A DNA stretch of 64,000 bases from Gammaproteobacteria bacterium (GTDB taxonomy: Bacteria; Pseudomonadota; Gammaproteobacteria; JBCCGL01): contig OZ255836.1 in assembly GCA_965277715.1 (NCBI GenBank), forward strand, positions 320,001 through 384,000, in the 5' to 3' direction. The position numbers were made by a program, and so were the translations under genes. Below, one piece after another: positions 11,134 through 22,368 of this stretch. Position 1 is the stretch's first letter. The number at the start of each line of letters is the position of its first letter. A model generated the notes under the pieces. It was not told where the DNA came from, did not search any database, and saw only the letters and a program-made list of their open reading frames with translations.

Positions 11134-11232
11134 GCCACCCGATATGATAAGTTGAAGCGGAATTATCGGAGCATGTTCGCCTTGGCATGCTCCTTTCTTT
11201 GGTTACCCATGTGAAACGCCAATAGGCCCTAG
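11134..11232 (+). mobile_element. IS5-family right-end remnant
   Basis: Near-identical to 21357-21455 (ATRYDKLKRNYRSM.., ends AGGCC-CTAG). Confidence 0.88.
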
Positions 11233-11402
11233 GTTCTGAGTTCTCTTTGGCAGAAGTTATTGTCGTATTCATCATCTTATTCCGTCATCTATATTCAATA
11301 GTATAGGCGCTTTCATTGTCTTTTCAATGGCTGAAAAAGAGGGGGTTTTCTTGTGGTATGTAACAAGGAAAAATCGGCGAAAAATTTTTTGTGCGCAGGC
11401 TT

Positions 11403-11789
11403 TTAGGCATCCAATAACCCACCAAGCTCGGCCTTCAGCCTTGTTTCTATATCGTCGTTGAAGATATCACGTATCGCGATATACTGAATACCGGCATTCT
11501 CAAGGGCGATTTTTTTAATACCGTCACGAAAGCCCGATGTGTCGTTATCGTGGCCTGAACCATTAACTTCAATGATAGCTATGGGCAAGTACTTTCGGTC
11601 GGTGATACAAATATCAACACGTTTGCTATTGATAAACCGATAACCTTCTTCGTTATCACACGACAATACCTCACCAAGATTAACCTGGCCAAAAATGTGG
11701 TAGCGCTTTGGTGCATACTGAGTAATGAAGTGATTGCACCACAAATGCATCAAACTCATCTGAATCATCAGGCATAGGCTATTCTCCAC
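11403..11789 (-). pseudogene. DUF2726-domain protein, N-terminus probably degraded
   Basis: IFGQVNLGEVL..INSKRVDICI..PIAIIEVNGSGH..RDGIKKIALENAGI; the 5' part is not coherent and abuts an IS4 end. Confidence 0.65.
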
Positions 11790-11905
11790 GAGGCTACGTA
11801 ACTAACTTTCTTGAGGCAACATAATGGGAGTAACGGAACTTCCGTACGGCTGCAATAGTAAATAGTGTTGTCGGTATATCGTGCGCGGTAAAGTGCATCA
11901 TAGTG

Positions 11906-13085
11906 CAATGGCACTAAGTTAAGCGGTTTTAGTGGGTAAAATAAACGAAAAAATAACTGTAATAGACCCAATAAAACAGGCTGAAATGTTATAATTTTGT
12001 ATGAAAAATACAACCTTATTTCTACCCGGATTTAACATCCAAACACTACGCAAAACACCCCGTTCAGCCATTCAAATCTTGCACGATAAGATAGCAAAAA
12101 TACGTCACAAATCACTGAGTGAACTATCTGTTTTTCTTGGCGATATCATACCCACGAATATTCTTAAACCGAATGATTGTGGTGTGAATAGTCGTCGACG
12201 TATTTTCAGTAAAGAAAATACTTTCTGGTTGTTTTTTTCACAAATAATAAACGCCGATGGTGGCTGTAAAGAAGTCGTTAGACAATTGCAAAATGTCGCC
12301 CACAACCAAGGCATTCCCATACCTTCATCATCCACCTCCGCCTATTGCCAAGCACGTAAAAAACTACCCATGGACGATCTTAAAAACGTATTTTCAGGGA
12401 CGTGTCGATTATCGCCACCTCAACCCAAAGCGCTCCAAGGTCGACCGGTTATCGTTGCCGATGGGACAGGCCTATCCATGCCCGATACGCCCGCGAATCA
12501 ACAAACTTACCCACAACCGAAATCACAAAAACAGGGATGCGGATTTCCTCAAGCACGGCTTTTAGCTTGTTTTAATCTTTATAGCGGTTTAATTCTGAGA
12601 TATGCACTAGGAAATAAAAAAAGTCATGAGCTAAGACTTTTAGAAGAACAATGGGATACCTTCAATGAAGGTGACATTTTCTTAGGTGATAAAGGTTTTT
12701 GCAGCTTCTACGATATTGACTGCCTCTCTCGACGAACGGTTGACAGTGTCGTTACATTGGCGCGGAGAACGCCCAGCACTGCCTCCCAGGCCAAAAAGAA
12801 GATAGCCGATAATGACCTTCATATTGAATGGCAAAAACCTAAACACACAAAAGCGACCCGTTACACAAAAGAGCAGCATAGCGACCTTCCAAAGACCTTA
12901 ACTTTACGACAAATACACGTCAGTATTGTACGAAAAGGATTTAGGACGAGCCATTTTTATATCATCACGACACTACTTGATGCTCAGCAATATCCCGCTA
13001 TAGAAATTATCGACCTCTATGCACAGCGCTGAAATGTGGAACTGTATTTTCGCGATATTAAAACCACCATGGGTATGGATATATT
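11906..13085 (+). mobile_element. Truncated IS4-family element (transposase from 12001, nonsense TGA at 13030-13032, cut by IS66)
   Basis: IS4-type end CAATGGCACTAAGTTAAG; ADGTGLSMPDT, GDKGF and YAQR*NVELYFRDIK (TGG>TGA in the YREK motif). Confidence 0.88.
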
Positions 13086-13172
13086 GTAAGCGCCAAAGAA
13101 TAGACGTCTAGCAATTACTCGGGTTGGTCCTCACACTGCACCACAGCAACCCAATACCCGCATAGGTGTAAT

Positions 13173-13490
13173 ATGAGTAATAAAGAACGTGCGTTGTACT
13201 GGCGCAATCAAATTGAACAATGGCAAGCATCCGGTTTGAGTGGTGCGCAGTTTTGCCAGGATAACGGCATCAACTTGAAGCAGTTTTACTATTGGAACCG
13301 AAAATGTTCTCGTAAAACTATTCAATCAAGACAGAATAAAACCCCTTTGGCAGGCTTTGCTAATATCGTAGTGGCCGACACCCAAAGGGCTGATCCGGGT
13401 TTGTGTTTTAAGCTGGCCAATGGCTGTGCCATTTCTGGCATTACCGCCGCTAACGTGACGTTAGTTGGCGCGTTACTGGCGCAGTTATGA
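13173..13490 (+). CDS. tnpA: IS66 TnpA accessory protein
   Basis: W..IEQWQASGLSGAQFC..G....FYYW. Confidence 0.88.
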   Translation: MSNKERALYWRNQIEQWQASGLSGAQFCQDNGINLKQFYYWNRKCSRKTIQSRQNKTPLAGFANIVVADTQRADPGLCFKLANGCAISGITAANVTLVGALLAQL

Positions 13491-13855
13491 CGGCCCGTTA
13501 TTTACGGCCATCGCTCGATATTCCAAAGGTGTTTTTATACCGAGAGGCGGTGGACTTTCGTAAGCAAAGCAATGGCCTTGCGGCCATTGTTGAGCGAGAG
13601 CTGGGTCACAACCTGTTTGAGGGTGGCTTATACGTGTTCACCAACCGCCACCGCAACAAAATCAAGTGTCTGATGTGGGAGGACAACGGCTTTGTACTGT
13701 ATTACAAAGCCTTGGCCGAAGAGCAGTTTAAGTGGCCTGACCTCGATGAGGAAATCATTTCACTGACCGGCACACAAATAAATTGGTTGCTTGATGGCTA
13801 TGATTTAGCCGCAATGAAAGGCCACAAAGTATTGCATTACGAATCTGTTTTTTAG
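13487..13855 (+). CDS. tnpB: IS66 TnpB accessory protein
   Basis: VDFRK..GL..LYVFTNRHRNKIKCLMWEDNGFVLYYK. Confidence 0.92.
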   Translation: MTARYLRPSLDIPKVFLYREAVDFRKQSNGLAAIVERELGHNLFEGGLYVFTNRHRNKIKCLMWEDNGFVLYYKALAEEQFKWPDLDEEIISLTGTQINWLLDGYDLAAMKGHKVLHYESVF

Positions 13856-13922
13856 CCTGCTAAAGGGTGAAAAAGTGTTTAATTTTAATGATCTTTAGAC
13901 AGCTATTTGGTATTATTACGCG

Positions 13923-15551
13923 ATGGTTTTGGCATCGGAAATTCAACAAAAACAACACGATTACATCGGCTTAACGGCTGCTGAATTAGTGACCGTGCTG
14001 GCAGAAAAAGAAGCCGAATTAGCGCACCATAACCAAATTATTCAACGTCATAAAAACACTATTCGACGTCACACAAATACCATTAAAAACCGCGATCACT
14101 ACATTCGTTTGCTGGAAGAACGGTTGCGTCTTTCCAAGGTTCAGAGGTTCGGTGCTAACAGCGAAAAGCTTGCCTTTCAGATCGATTTGTTTGATGAAGC
14201 AGAGCTCGAACAAGCCATTGTCGACATTGATAGCCAGCTACCGGATGAGTTGCTACCTCAGCCTACGACCACGAACAAGAAAAAACGTCAACGCGGCTTC
14301 TCCAACCGTTTACCCCGTGTGCGCGTTGAGCTGGCCTTAAGCGATGAGGAAAAAGCAGGTGCTACACGTACTTTCTTCGTTAAAGTCAAAGAAGAACTCC
14401 AATACATTCCCGCACAACTCAACGTTTTGGAGTACTGGCAAGAAAAGGCCGTCTTCAGCTACGCAGGTGATGACCACATCATCGCCGCGCAACGACCCAT
14501 ACACCCTTTAGGTAAGTGCTTTGCCAGCACGGCCTTGCTCGCCAACATCATGGTGTCCAAATACGCCGATGGGTTGCCCTTGTATCGCCAGGAAAGCATT
14601 TTAAAGCGTTATGGACATGCCGTGAGCCGCACCAACATGGCCAACTGGATGATTCGCCTGGAAGCGGTTTTTAAACCCCTGATGACCTTGCTGCGGGAAA
14701 GTCAAAATGACGGTGATTATGTGCAAATGGACGAAACACGTATCCAGGTACTCAAAGAAAATGGCAAAACCGCCCAATCCGATAAATGGATGTGGCTAAC
14801 GCGGAGTGGCCCTCCAGACCAGCCCAGTGTGTTGTTTGAATACGACCCCTCTCGTTCGGGTGAAGTGCCGCAACGCTTACTGGAAGGTTTTCAAGGCATT
14901 CTGCAAGTCGATGGCTATGCGGGTTACCAGCCGGTGTGCGAACAGCAAAACCTAACACGTATCGGTTGCTGGGATCATGTGCGCCGAAAATTCATTGATG
15001 CCATTAAAGCCGCCGATAAAGCAAACACGAAAAACCCCCGTGCCTCGAAAGCCGATGTCGCCATCGGTAAAATCCGCAAGCTTTATCTCATTGAGAAAAA
15101 GATACAAGCGCTTGAACCCGCAGAAAAACAAAGGTTTCGCCAAGCACTTAGCCAACCGGTGTTGGAAGACTTCAAACAATGGCTGGATAAGCATATTACT
15201 AAGGTGGCTAAAAAGTCCCTTACTCGTAACGCCATGGACTATGCACTGAATCAATGGCATACCCTCACAGGCTACTGTGATGATGGACGGTTACACATCA
15301 GCAACGTGCTGGCTGAAAATGCCATTAGGCCTTTTGCCGTGGGTAGAAAAGCCTGGTTGTTTGCCGATTCAACCCGTGGCGCCCATGCCAGTGCCACATG
15401 TTACTCATTGATCGAAACGGCCAAAGCTAATGGGCTTGAACCCTATGCGTACATACTATACGTCCTTAACCATATCGGTGACGCCGATACTTTAGAGAAG
15501 ATAGAGACCTTGCTGCCTTGGAATGTCGTTTTGGACATTACGGGGGAATAG
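13923..15551 (+). CDS. tnpC: IS66 transposase TnpC
   Basis: SKYADGLPLYRQ, MDET, VDGY, CWDHVRRKF, SNVLAENAIRP, LLPWN. Confidence 0.93.
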   Translation: MVLASEIQQKQHDYIGLTAAELVTVLAEKEAELAHHNQIIQRHKNTIRRHTNTIKNRDHYIRLLEERLRLSKVQRFGANSEKLAFQIDLFDEAELEQAIVDIDSQLPDELLPQPTTTNKKKRQRGFSNRLPRVRVELALSDEEKAGATRTFFVKVKEELQYIPAQLNVLEYWQEKAVFSYAGDDHIIAAQRPIHPLGKCFASTALLANIMVSKYADGLPLYRQESILKRYGHAVSRTNMANWMIRLEAVFKPLMTLLRESQNDGDYVQMDETRIQVLKENGKTAQSDKWMWLTRSGPPDQPSVLFEYDPSRSGEVPQRLLEGFQGILQVDGYAGYQPVCEQQNLTRIGCWDHVRRKFIDAIKAADKANTKNPRASKADVAIGKIRKLYLIEKKIQALEPAEKQRFRQALSQPVLEDFKQWLDKHITKVAKKSLTRNAMDYALNQWHTLTGYCDDGRLHISNVLAENAIRPFAVGRKAWLFADSTRGAHASATCYSLIETAKANGLEPYAYILYVLNHIGDADTLEKIETLLPWNVVLDITGE

Positions 15552-15573
15552 AGGCTGGTTTAAGGGCGCTTAC

Positions 15574-15842
15574 AAACAATGGCTGGATAAGCATATTACT
15601 AAGGTGGCTAAAAAGTCCCTTACTCGTAACGCCATGGACTATGCACTGAATCAATGGCATACCCCCACAAGCTACTGTGATGATGGACGGTTACACATCA
15701 GCAACGTGCTGGCTGAAAATGCCATTAGGCCTTTTGCCGTGGGTAGAAAAGCCTGGTTGTTTGCCGATTCAACCCGTGGCGCCCATGCCAGTGCCACATG
15801 TTACTCATTGATCGAAACGGCCAAAGCTAATGGGCTTGAACC
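15574..15842 (+). pseudogene. Internal fragment of another IS66 tnpC copy
   Basis: Near-exact repeat of 15175-15443, lying between the IS66 right end and an IS4 end. Confidence 0.88.
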
Positions 15843-17371
15843 CAATACCGCTACCTCAGGTTTAACCCAATGAATCTTTTAGTCTCTGAGAGGCCTTGAT
15901 ACGAGGTTCAGTTAACCGTGGGTAGGCTTTTGGTCGTCGTTTAATTGCCCTTGGTTGGGGTGATCGTTTTCTCCTGCCAATTAACGTTGAAGCGATCATT
16001 TTTAATAAGGAAGTGTACGCTTTTTGTATCATACTGGATGTTGAATGGATGAATTTAATATGAGCAATACCCAGTAGCTGTACCGTTGCCTTAAAACTTA
16101 TTTGACGTGCTATTTCACCCTCTGTTTTTGCTGACTCTGCCATGCTACCCCGAATCAGGTTATAAGCCATAAAGGTTGTTGCTATTTCTTTTTCAACCAT
16201 CTCGGGTGAATGGCATCGCAACATATCCATTTTCAAATCTGTTTTAATTGTACGAAAATCCAATTCAACTTTCCAACGTTCCTTATACAGTGTTGAAAGC
16301 TCTTTCTTAGGGTAAGTATCAACCTCCAACAAAGTGCTAACATAGACTGTCCCATCCACTGAAAATTCTCGAACTGTCAGTGTTTTCGGCAATAGATCAA
16401 AGTCTGATTGCGACATCCAAACCGGTTTTCTTTTAGGTTTTTCCCACTCGATAAGATGATCTTTTGCACCAAGCGTTAACCCTGTTTTGTAATCCGCTTT
16501 CTTTTGTGCGTGATTCATTGAGACGAATGCAACCCCTTTCGATTGTAGAGCCGCTAAGACAGCATAAGTACAGTAATAGCGGTCTGCCAGTAACAGATCA
16601 TTGGCGGTTAATGACGTCATCAGGGTACTGAATAATGACATTTCCCCTGTTCCCTTTCCTTGATACTCTCCCATCGCATAATCAATAATAGCACCAGAAC
16701 TTAAAGAAATGAGTCCGACTATTCGAGCAATAGGAAAACCTAAACCCGGTTTTTGAGTCTGTTGCTGGGGGTATTTATGTTGATTTTTCTGGGTATCAGG
16801 CATGAGAACAGTGGTTCCATCCACAAGCACCACATTATACCCTTTCCATGTCCAAATTTTACCTGCTCTGGCATGTAACGTTGAACCGATTGAACGTACC
16901 TCCTGAAGTACCCACGACAGAGATAAACGTTGACGGGCTTTACAGTAAGGACCGCTATTAAAAGAACTTGGAAGCAGGTTTTCCTGTAAACGATCAACTA
17001 GCAGACGGGCGACTGTTTCTTTACAACTGCCATTATCACTTAACACCTGCCAGAGAAATAAACGCAGTGTAACAAGTGGGGTGAATACCCGGTCTCGATA
17101 GCTGCCCGATAGTTCGCTTAGGTCGTTTAGACGCTTGGAACAGAGTAAATTATTAAAGTCTCCTGTGTCTAACTGAAAAAAAACACGTTTGATCGTTTTA
17201 ATTTGCTGTCGGATAGTGAATTTCATAGAATAGGTCAGCGTTAGGTTTTTTGGCGAAGTACTTGTGTGTTTTGTCGCTTACAAGGATACTTCAAAAGGAA
17301 ACCTAACGTTACCCATCTATATGACTTTTAACGTTATTTTAGTTCTTCACCAAGCTGAGGTAGCGGTATTG
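15843..17371 (-). mobile_element. IS4-family element, copy 1 (intact transposase 15862-17226)
   Basis: IRs CAATACCGCTACCTCAG at both ends; VDGTT, LADRYY and LYKERWKVELDFRTIK motifs. Confidence 0.93.
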
Positions 17372-17382
17372 GGGTCTGAGCA

Positions 17383-20300
17383 CAATACCGCTACCTCAGG
17401 TTTAACCCAATGAATCTTTTAGCCTCTGAGACCCCCTGTGTCAGGCTAGTTGTCCCCCTCCCTAAATTGGGATTCAATAAGTTATTACAGGAGGCAAAGA
17501 GAGAGATATGGGTTATCCAATAGAAAGAAAGGCCGCTGTTTTAAAGAAGATGCTGCCGCCGAACAATCAGACAATTTCCCGGTTAGCCAAAGAAGAAGGC
17601 ATTGCACAAGGTACGCTTTATAGTTGGCGAGCCCAAGCAAGAGCGAAAGGCGAACTCATGCCAGATGGCGATTTGACACCAGCAGGTTGGGGTTCTTCGG
17701 ATAAGTTTGCAGCGGTTCTGGAAAGTGCGTCATTAAGCGAAACAGACCTTTCAGCTTATTGCCGTCATCGTGGTTTGTACCCTGATCAGATTAAGGCATG
17801 GCGAATGGCTTGTGAACAAGCCAATGACTGGGATCGCGCCCAAACGAAACGTTTACAAACCAGTCGTAGAGAAGCGGATAAACGTATTAAACGTCTCGAA
17901 CAAGACCTGCACCGAAAGGAGAAAGCGTTAGCCGAAACAGCCGCTTTGCTGGTGCTTAGAAAAAAGGCCCAAGCGATCTGGGGGGAGGTAGAGGACGAAT
18001 GACCTGCCATTCAGATCGCCAAAATAGTATCCGTTTAATCAAAGAGGCCGTTGTCGCTGGCGCTACATTAAGCAAAGCGTGCAAAGTGCTTGAGTGACAC
18101 CCTAAGACGTACCGACGCTGGGCAAACGCGGGTACTGTCCGTGCTGATGGCAGACCCACTGCCCATCGACAGGCGCCTAGTAATAAGTTCACAACAGAAG
18201 AGCGGGCATTGATCGTCACCACTTGTAATGAAGCGAAATACCAAGCGCTACCCCCCTCGCAAATTGTGCCCAAATTGGCGGATGAAGGTGTGTATATTGG
18301 GTCAGAGTCAAGCTTCTATCGGGTGTTAAAGTCGGAAAACCAACTGCAGCGGCGAGGTAAGGCGGCGGCGCCTAAAAAACGGCACAAACCTAACAGCTAC
18401 CTGGCATCAAGGCCAAACGAGGTGTGGTCTTGGGATATTACCTTTTTGAAATCGAACATAACCGGGTGGTTTTACCGGCTTTACATGATGATGGATATTT
18501 ACAGTCGTAAAATTGTTGCCTGGGAAGTGCATGACAGTGAATCGGCTGATCTGGCAGCGGCGCTGATCCAGCGTGCCTGTTTAGCGGAGGGGTGCAGCCA
18601 AAGTCAATTGGTATTACACGCGGATAATGGTGGCCCGATGAAAGGTGCTACCATGTTAGCAAAACTGCAATGGTTGGGTGTGATACCTTCGTTTAGCAGG
18701 CCATCGGTAAGCGATGATAATCCTTATTCAGAAAGTCTGTTTAGAACCTTAAAATACACGCCTGCCTATCCGTCAAAGCCATTTGATAGTTTAGCCTCTG
18801 CCCGAAACTGGGTGCATGGATTTGTGCAATGGTACAACGGCTCTCATTGCCATAGCGGCATTGGGTTTGTGACACCAACCTCACGTCATAAAGGCGAAGA
18901 CCACGCGATACTGGCAGCCAGAAAAGCAGTTTATGAACAAGCAAAGGCCAAACACCCTGAACGCTGGAGTCAGGATATTAAACACCTCGAACCGGTATCG
19001 GGGGTGTGGTTAAACCCGGAAAAGGAAGGCTTGACCATGAGACAAAAGCACAATGGAATTGAAAAGCAAGTAGCATAGTAAAACGGACAACTACCTTGAC
19101 AAACACCGGAGAGGCCTTGATACGAGGTTCAGTTAACAGTGGGTAGGCTTTTGGTCGTCGTTTAATTGCCCTTGGTTGGGGTGATCGTTTTCTCCTGCCA
19201 ATTAACGTTGAAGCGATTATCCTTAATAAGGAAGTGTACGCTTTTTGTATCATACTGGATGTTGAATGGATGAATTTAATATGAGCAATACCCAGTAGCT
19301 GTACCGTTGCCTTAAAACTTATTTGACGTGCTACTTCACCCTCTGTTTTTGCTGACTCTGCCATACTACCCCGAATCAGGTTATAAGCCATAAAGGTTGT
19401 TGCTATTTCTTTTTCAACCATCTCGGGTGAATGGCATCGCAACATATCCATTTTCAAATCTGTTTTAATTGTACGAAAATCCAATTCAACTTTCCAACGT
19501 TCCTTATACAGTGTTGAAAGCTCTTTCTTAGGGTAAGTATCAACCTCCAACAAAGTGCTAACATAGACTGTCCCATCCACTGAAAATTCTCGAACTGTCA
19601 GTGTTTTCGGCAATAGATCAAAGTCTGATTGCGACATCCAAACCGGTTTTCTTTTAGGTTTTTTCCACTCGATAAGATGATCTTTTGCACCAAGCGTTAA
19701 CCCTGTTTTGTAATCCGCTTTCTTTTGTGCGTGATTCATTGAGACGAATGCAACCCCTTTCGATTGTAGAGCCGCTAAGACAGCATAAGTACAGTAATAG
19801 CGGTCTGCCAGTAACAGATCATTGGCGGTTAATGACGTCATCAGGGTACTGAATAATGACATTTCCCCTGTTCCCTTTCCTTGATACTCTCCCATCGCAT
19901 AATCAATAATAGCACCAGAACTTAAAGAAATGAGTCCGACTATTCGAGCAATAGGAAAACCTAAACCCGGTTTTTGAGTCTGTTGCTGGGGGTATTTATG
20001 TTGATTTTTCTGGGTATCAGGCATGAGAACAGTGGTTCCATCCACAAGCACCACATTATACCCTTTCCATGTCCAAATTTTACCTGCTCTGGCATGTAAC
20101 GTTGAACCGATTGAACGTACCTCCTGAAGTACCCACGACAGAGATAAACGTTGACGGGCTTTACAGTAAGGACCGCTATTAAAAGAACTTGGAAGCAGGT
20201 TTTCCTGTAAACGATCAACTAGCAGACGGGCGACTGTTTCTTTACAACTGCCATTATCACTTAACACCTGCCAGAGAAATAAACGCAGTGTAACAAGTGG

Positions 20301-20592
20301 GGTGAATACCCGGTCTCGATAGCTGCCCGATAGTTCGCTTAGGTCGTTTAGACGCTTGGAACAGAGTAAATTATTAAAGTCTCCTGTGTCTAACTGAAAA
20401 AAAACACGTTTGATCGTTTTAATTTGCTGTCGGATAGTGAATTTCATAGAATAGGTCAGCGTTAGGTTTTTTGGCGAAGTACTTGTGTGTTTTGTCGCTT
20501 ACAAGGATACTTCAAAAGGAAACCTAACGTTACCCATCTATATGACTTTTAACGTTATTTTAGTTCTTCACCAGGCTGAGGTAGCGGTATTG
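17383..20592 (-). mobile_element. IS4-family element, copy 2, interrupted near the transposase 3' end by IS3 (ORF 18978-20447 has a chimeric C-terminus)
   Basis: Same IRs; near-identical to copy 1; separated from it by 11 bp. Confidence 0.92.
17432..19108 (+). mobile_element. IS3-family element (orfA 17508-18002; orfB ~17999-19078 with TGA at 18095-18097)
   Basis: Imperfect IRs TGTCAGGCTAGTTGTCC / GGACAACTACCTTGACA; A6G slippery site near 17960; rve motifs WSWDIT, HADNG, DNPYSESLF; flanked by GAGA on both sides. Confidence 0.9.
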
Positions 20593-20599
20593 GTGCTAG

Positions 20600-21451
20600 G
20601 GCCTGTTGACGTTTGGCTATAAGCTTTTGAAACAAAAGGCAAACTCGTATCATTGGATGTGATAAAAACAACAAATACGAGTTTGCCATGCCCCGATTAT
20701 TGCTCAACGATGAGTATTGGTCGAAGCTACGGAGTATCATGCTTAAAGAAGGCATTTATGACAAGCCGAAGTTACGGTTAGTCGTTGAAGGAATTCTTTA
20801 TCGATTGCGTGTGGGGTGTCCGTGGCGAGATTTACCGGCGTCATTTGGTGACTGGAATAGCGTTTATAAACGCTTCAATGACTGGTCATCAAAAGGCAAG
20901 TTAATGAACATTTTCCATGTGCTTGTCGAAGAACCCGATCAAGAATGGGCATTTATTGATGGAAGTATTGTGAAGGCACACCAACATAGCGCAGGGGCTA
21001 GAGGGCATGAAAATCAAGCCATTGGCAACAGTCGAGGCGGGAAAACAACGAAAACACACATGATTGTAGATGGGTTTGGGTTGCCCGTATTATTTGACAT
21101 CACTGCTGGGCAGGTTAATGACTCCACAGCGGCTCCTGAATTGATTGATGCCTTGCCAAAAAGCGAGTATGTGGTGGCTGACAAAGGGTATGACAGCGAG
21201 GCGTTACGCCATCAGATCAGACAGAAAAAATCAGTTCCGGTTATTCCACGGCGAAGCAACTCAAAAATAGGCAATGAGGATATCGACTGGTGTTTATACA
21301 AATACCGACACCTGGTTGAAAATGTGTTTGCTCAATTGAAGCATTTTCGATCGATTGCCACCCGATATGATAAGTTGAAGCGGAATTATCGGAGCATGCT
21401 CGCCTTGGCATGCTCCTTTCTTTGGTTATCCATGTGAAACGTCAACAGGCC
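20600..21451 (+). mobile_element. IS5-family element with intact transposase (20688-21437)
   Basis: 15-bp IRs GGCCTGTTGACGTTT, CTAG on both flanks; GCPWRDLP, IDGSIVKAHQH, ADKGYD, YKYRHLVEN. Confidence 0.93.
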
Positions 21452-21547
21452 CTAGGTCTTGTCGTGAAACTTAGACAACTTGAAAGAGGTTTATCTTTAC
21501 ATTTATTCCTTTTATTTCAATGCTTTAATTTATTTTTGTCCTGTACA

Positions 21548-22139
21548 GAGCAAGATTCGTCAGGTCTTCCTCTAAAAGCAACCGTACTCTTTCAATTTGC
21601 CTGGTTAACGCCGACACCAGCTCCAGGGCTAAAGTGGTAAACCTGTGTTTGCGGCCCTTGCCATTCCAGATACGAAGCTGTAACAAATCCATATCAACAT
21701 CATGTACACGTAAACGTACAGATTCCATGCGACGTAACCCAGACCCATATAGGATACCGATTATTAGTTTGTATTTAGGGTCAACATGTTTAAGTAGACG
21801 GCTGACTTCACTTTGTGTACGCACCACGGGTAGTTTTGCCTGGCGACTTGCACGTTTAAATTCCACCATTTCTCCCAAAGGCTGTTCGAGAAAGCGGTTG
21901 TACAAAAATACCAGCGCATTCAGCGCCACCTGCTGCGTGGCAATAGCAATCGTGCGGTTGATGGCCAAGCGCGACAAAAAACGGACGACATCTTGCTCTC
22001 CCATTTCCTGAGGGTGTCGGTTGTGGTGGAAACGAATATAGGAACGAATCCAGGTGATATAAGCCGAGATTGTGCGCTTACTGTAATGCCGCACCAACAT
22101 GAACTCGTAAAGAGACTACAAAAAGGGCGACTTGTACAC
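21548..22139 (-). pseudogene. intI: Integron integrase IntI, inactivated
   Basis: YSKRT..Y..WIR.YIRFH..RHP.EMG, ATQQVALNALVFLY, KLPVV, LYGSGLR..E..RLRV.DVD, GKG.K.R. In-frame TAG at codon 8 from GTG 22139. Truncated after EEDL, losing the IntI-specific insertion and the H-x-x-R/Y catalytic residues. Divergent from the cassette array. Confidence 0.92.
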
Positions 22140-22342
22140 GTATAAATCCTTGTAAAGCAGAGAGTGTTATATGATAATCCAAAACCAAAGGTTTAGGGAG
22201 TCGTTCCAGCATTTTTTTGTCTGTTATTTGCGATTTTCGTAGGGTTTTGTCATGTTAATTAATACTTTAGTGTGTCTTTATGAACTCAGTCTCGCGAAAT
22301 TATCGCGATTCCACATAATATTGTTATCGAGGATTCGTTCCT

Positions 22343-22361
22343 CGATAACAGGCTGTTAGCA
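22343..22361 (+). promoter_or_regulatory. attI recombination site (simple site)
   Basis: CGATAAC-AGGCT-GTTAGCA: inverted L/R boxes with a 5-bp spacer. TTAGCATC is complementary to GATGCTAAC at the end of cassette 1. Confidence 0.75.
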
Positions 22362-22368
22362 TCAATAA

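Larger units (their letters stand above)
13086..15573 (+). mobile_element. IS66-family element, apparently intact
   Basis: Terminal IRs GTAAGCGCC / GGCGCTTAC; tnpA-tnpB-tnpC order; flanks are not duplicated. Confidence 0.93.

Noticed and set aside
13487-13855. IS66 TnpB as an RNA-guided TnpB nuclease
   Set aside because: Name coincidence only; a 122-aa IS66 accessory protein with no RuvC domain.
22120-22200. LexA box at the intI promoter
   Set aside because: No CTGT-N8-ACAG match found by eye; Pc could not be assigned confidently either.
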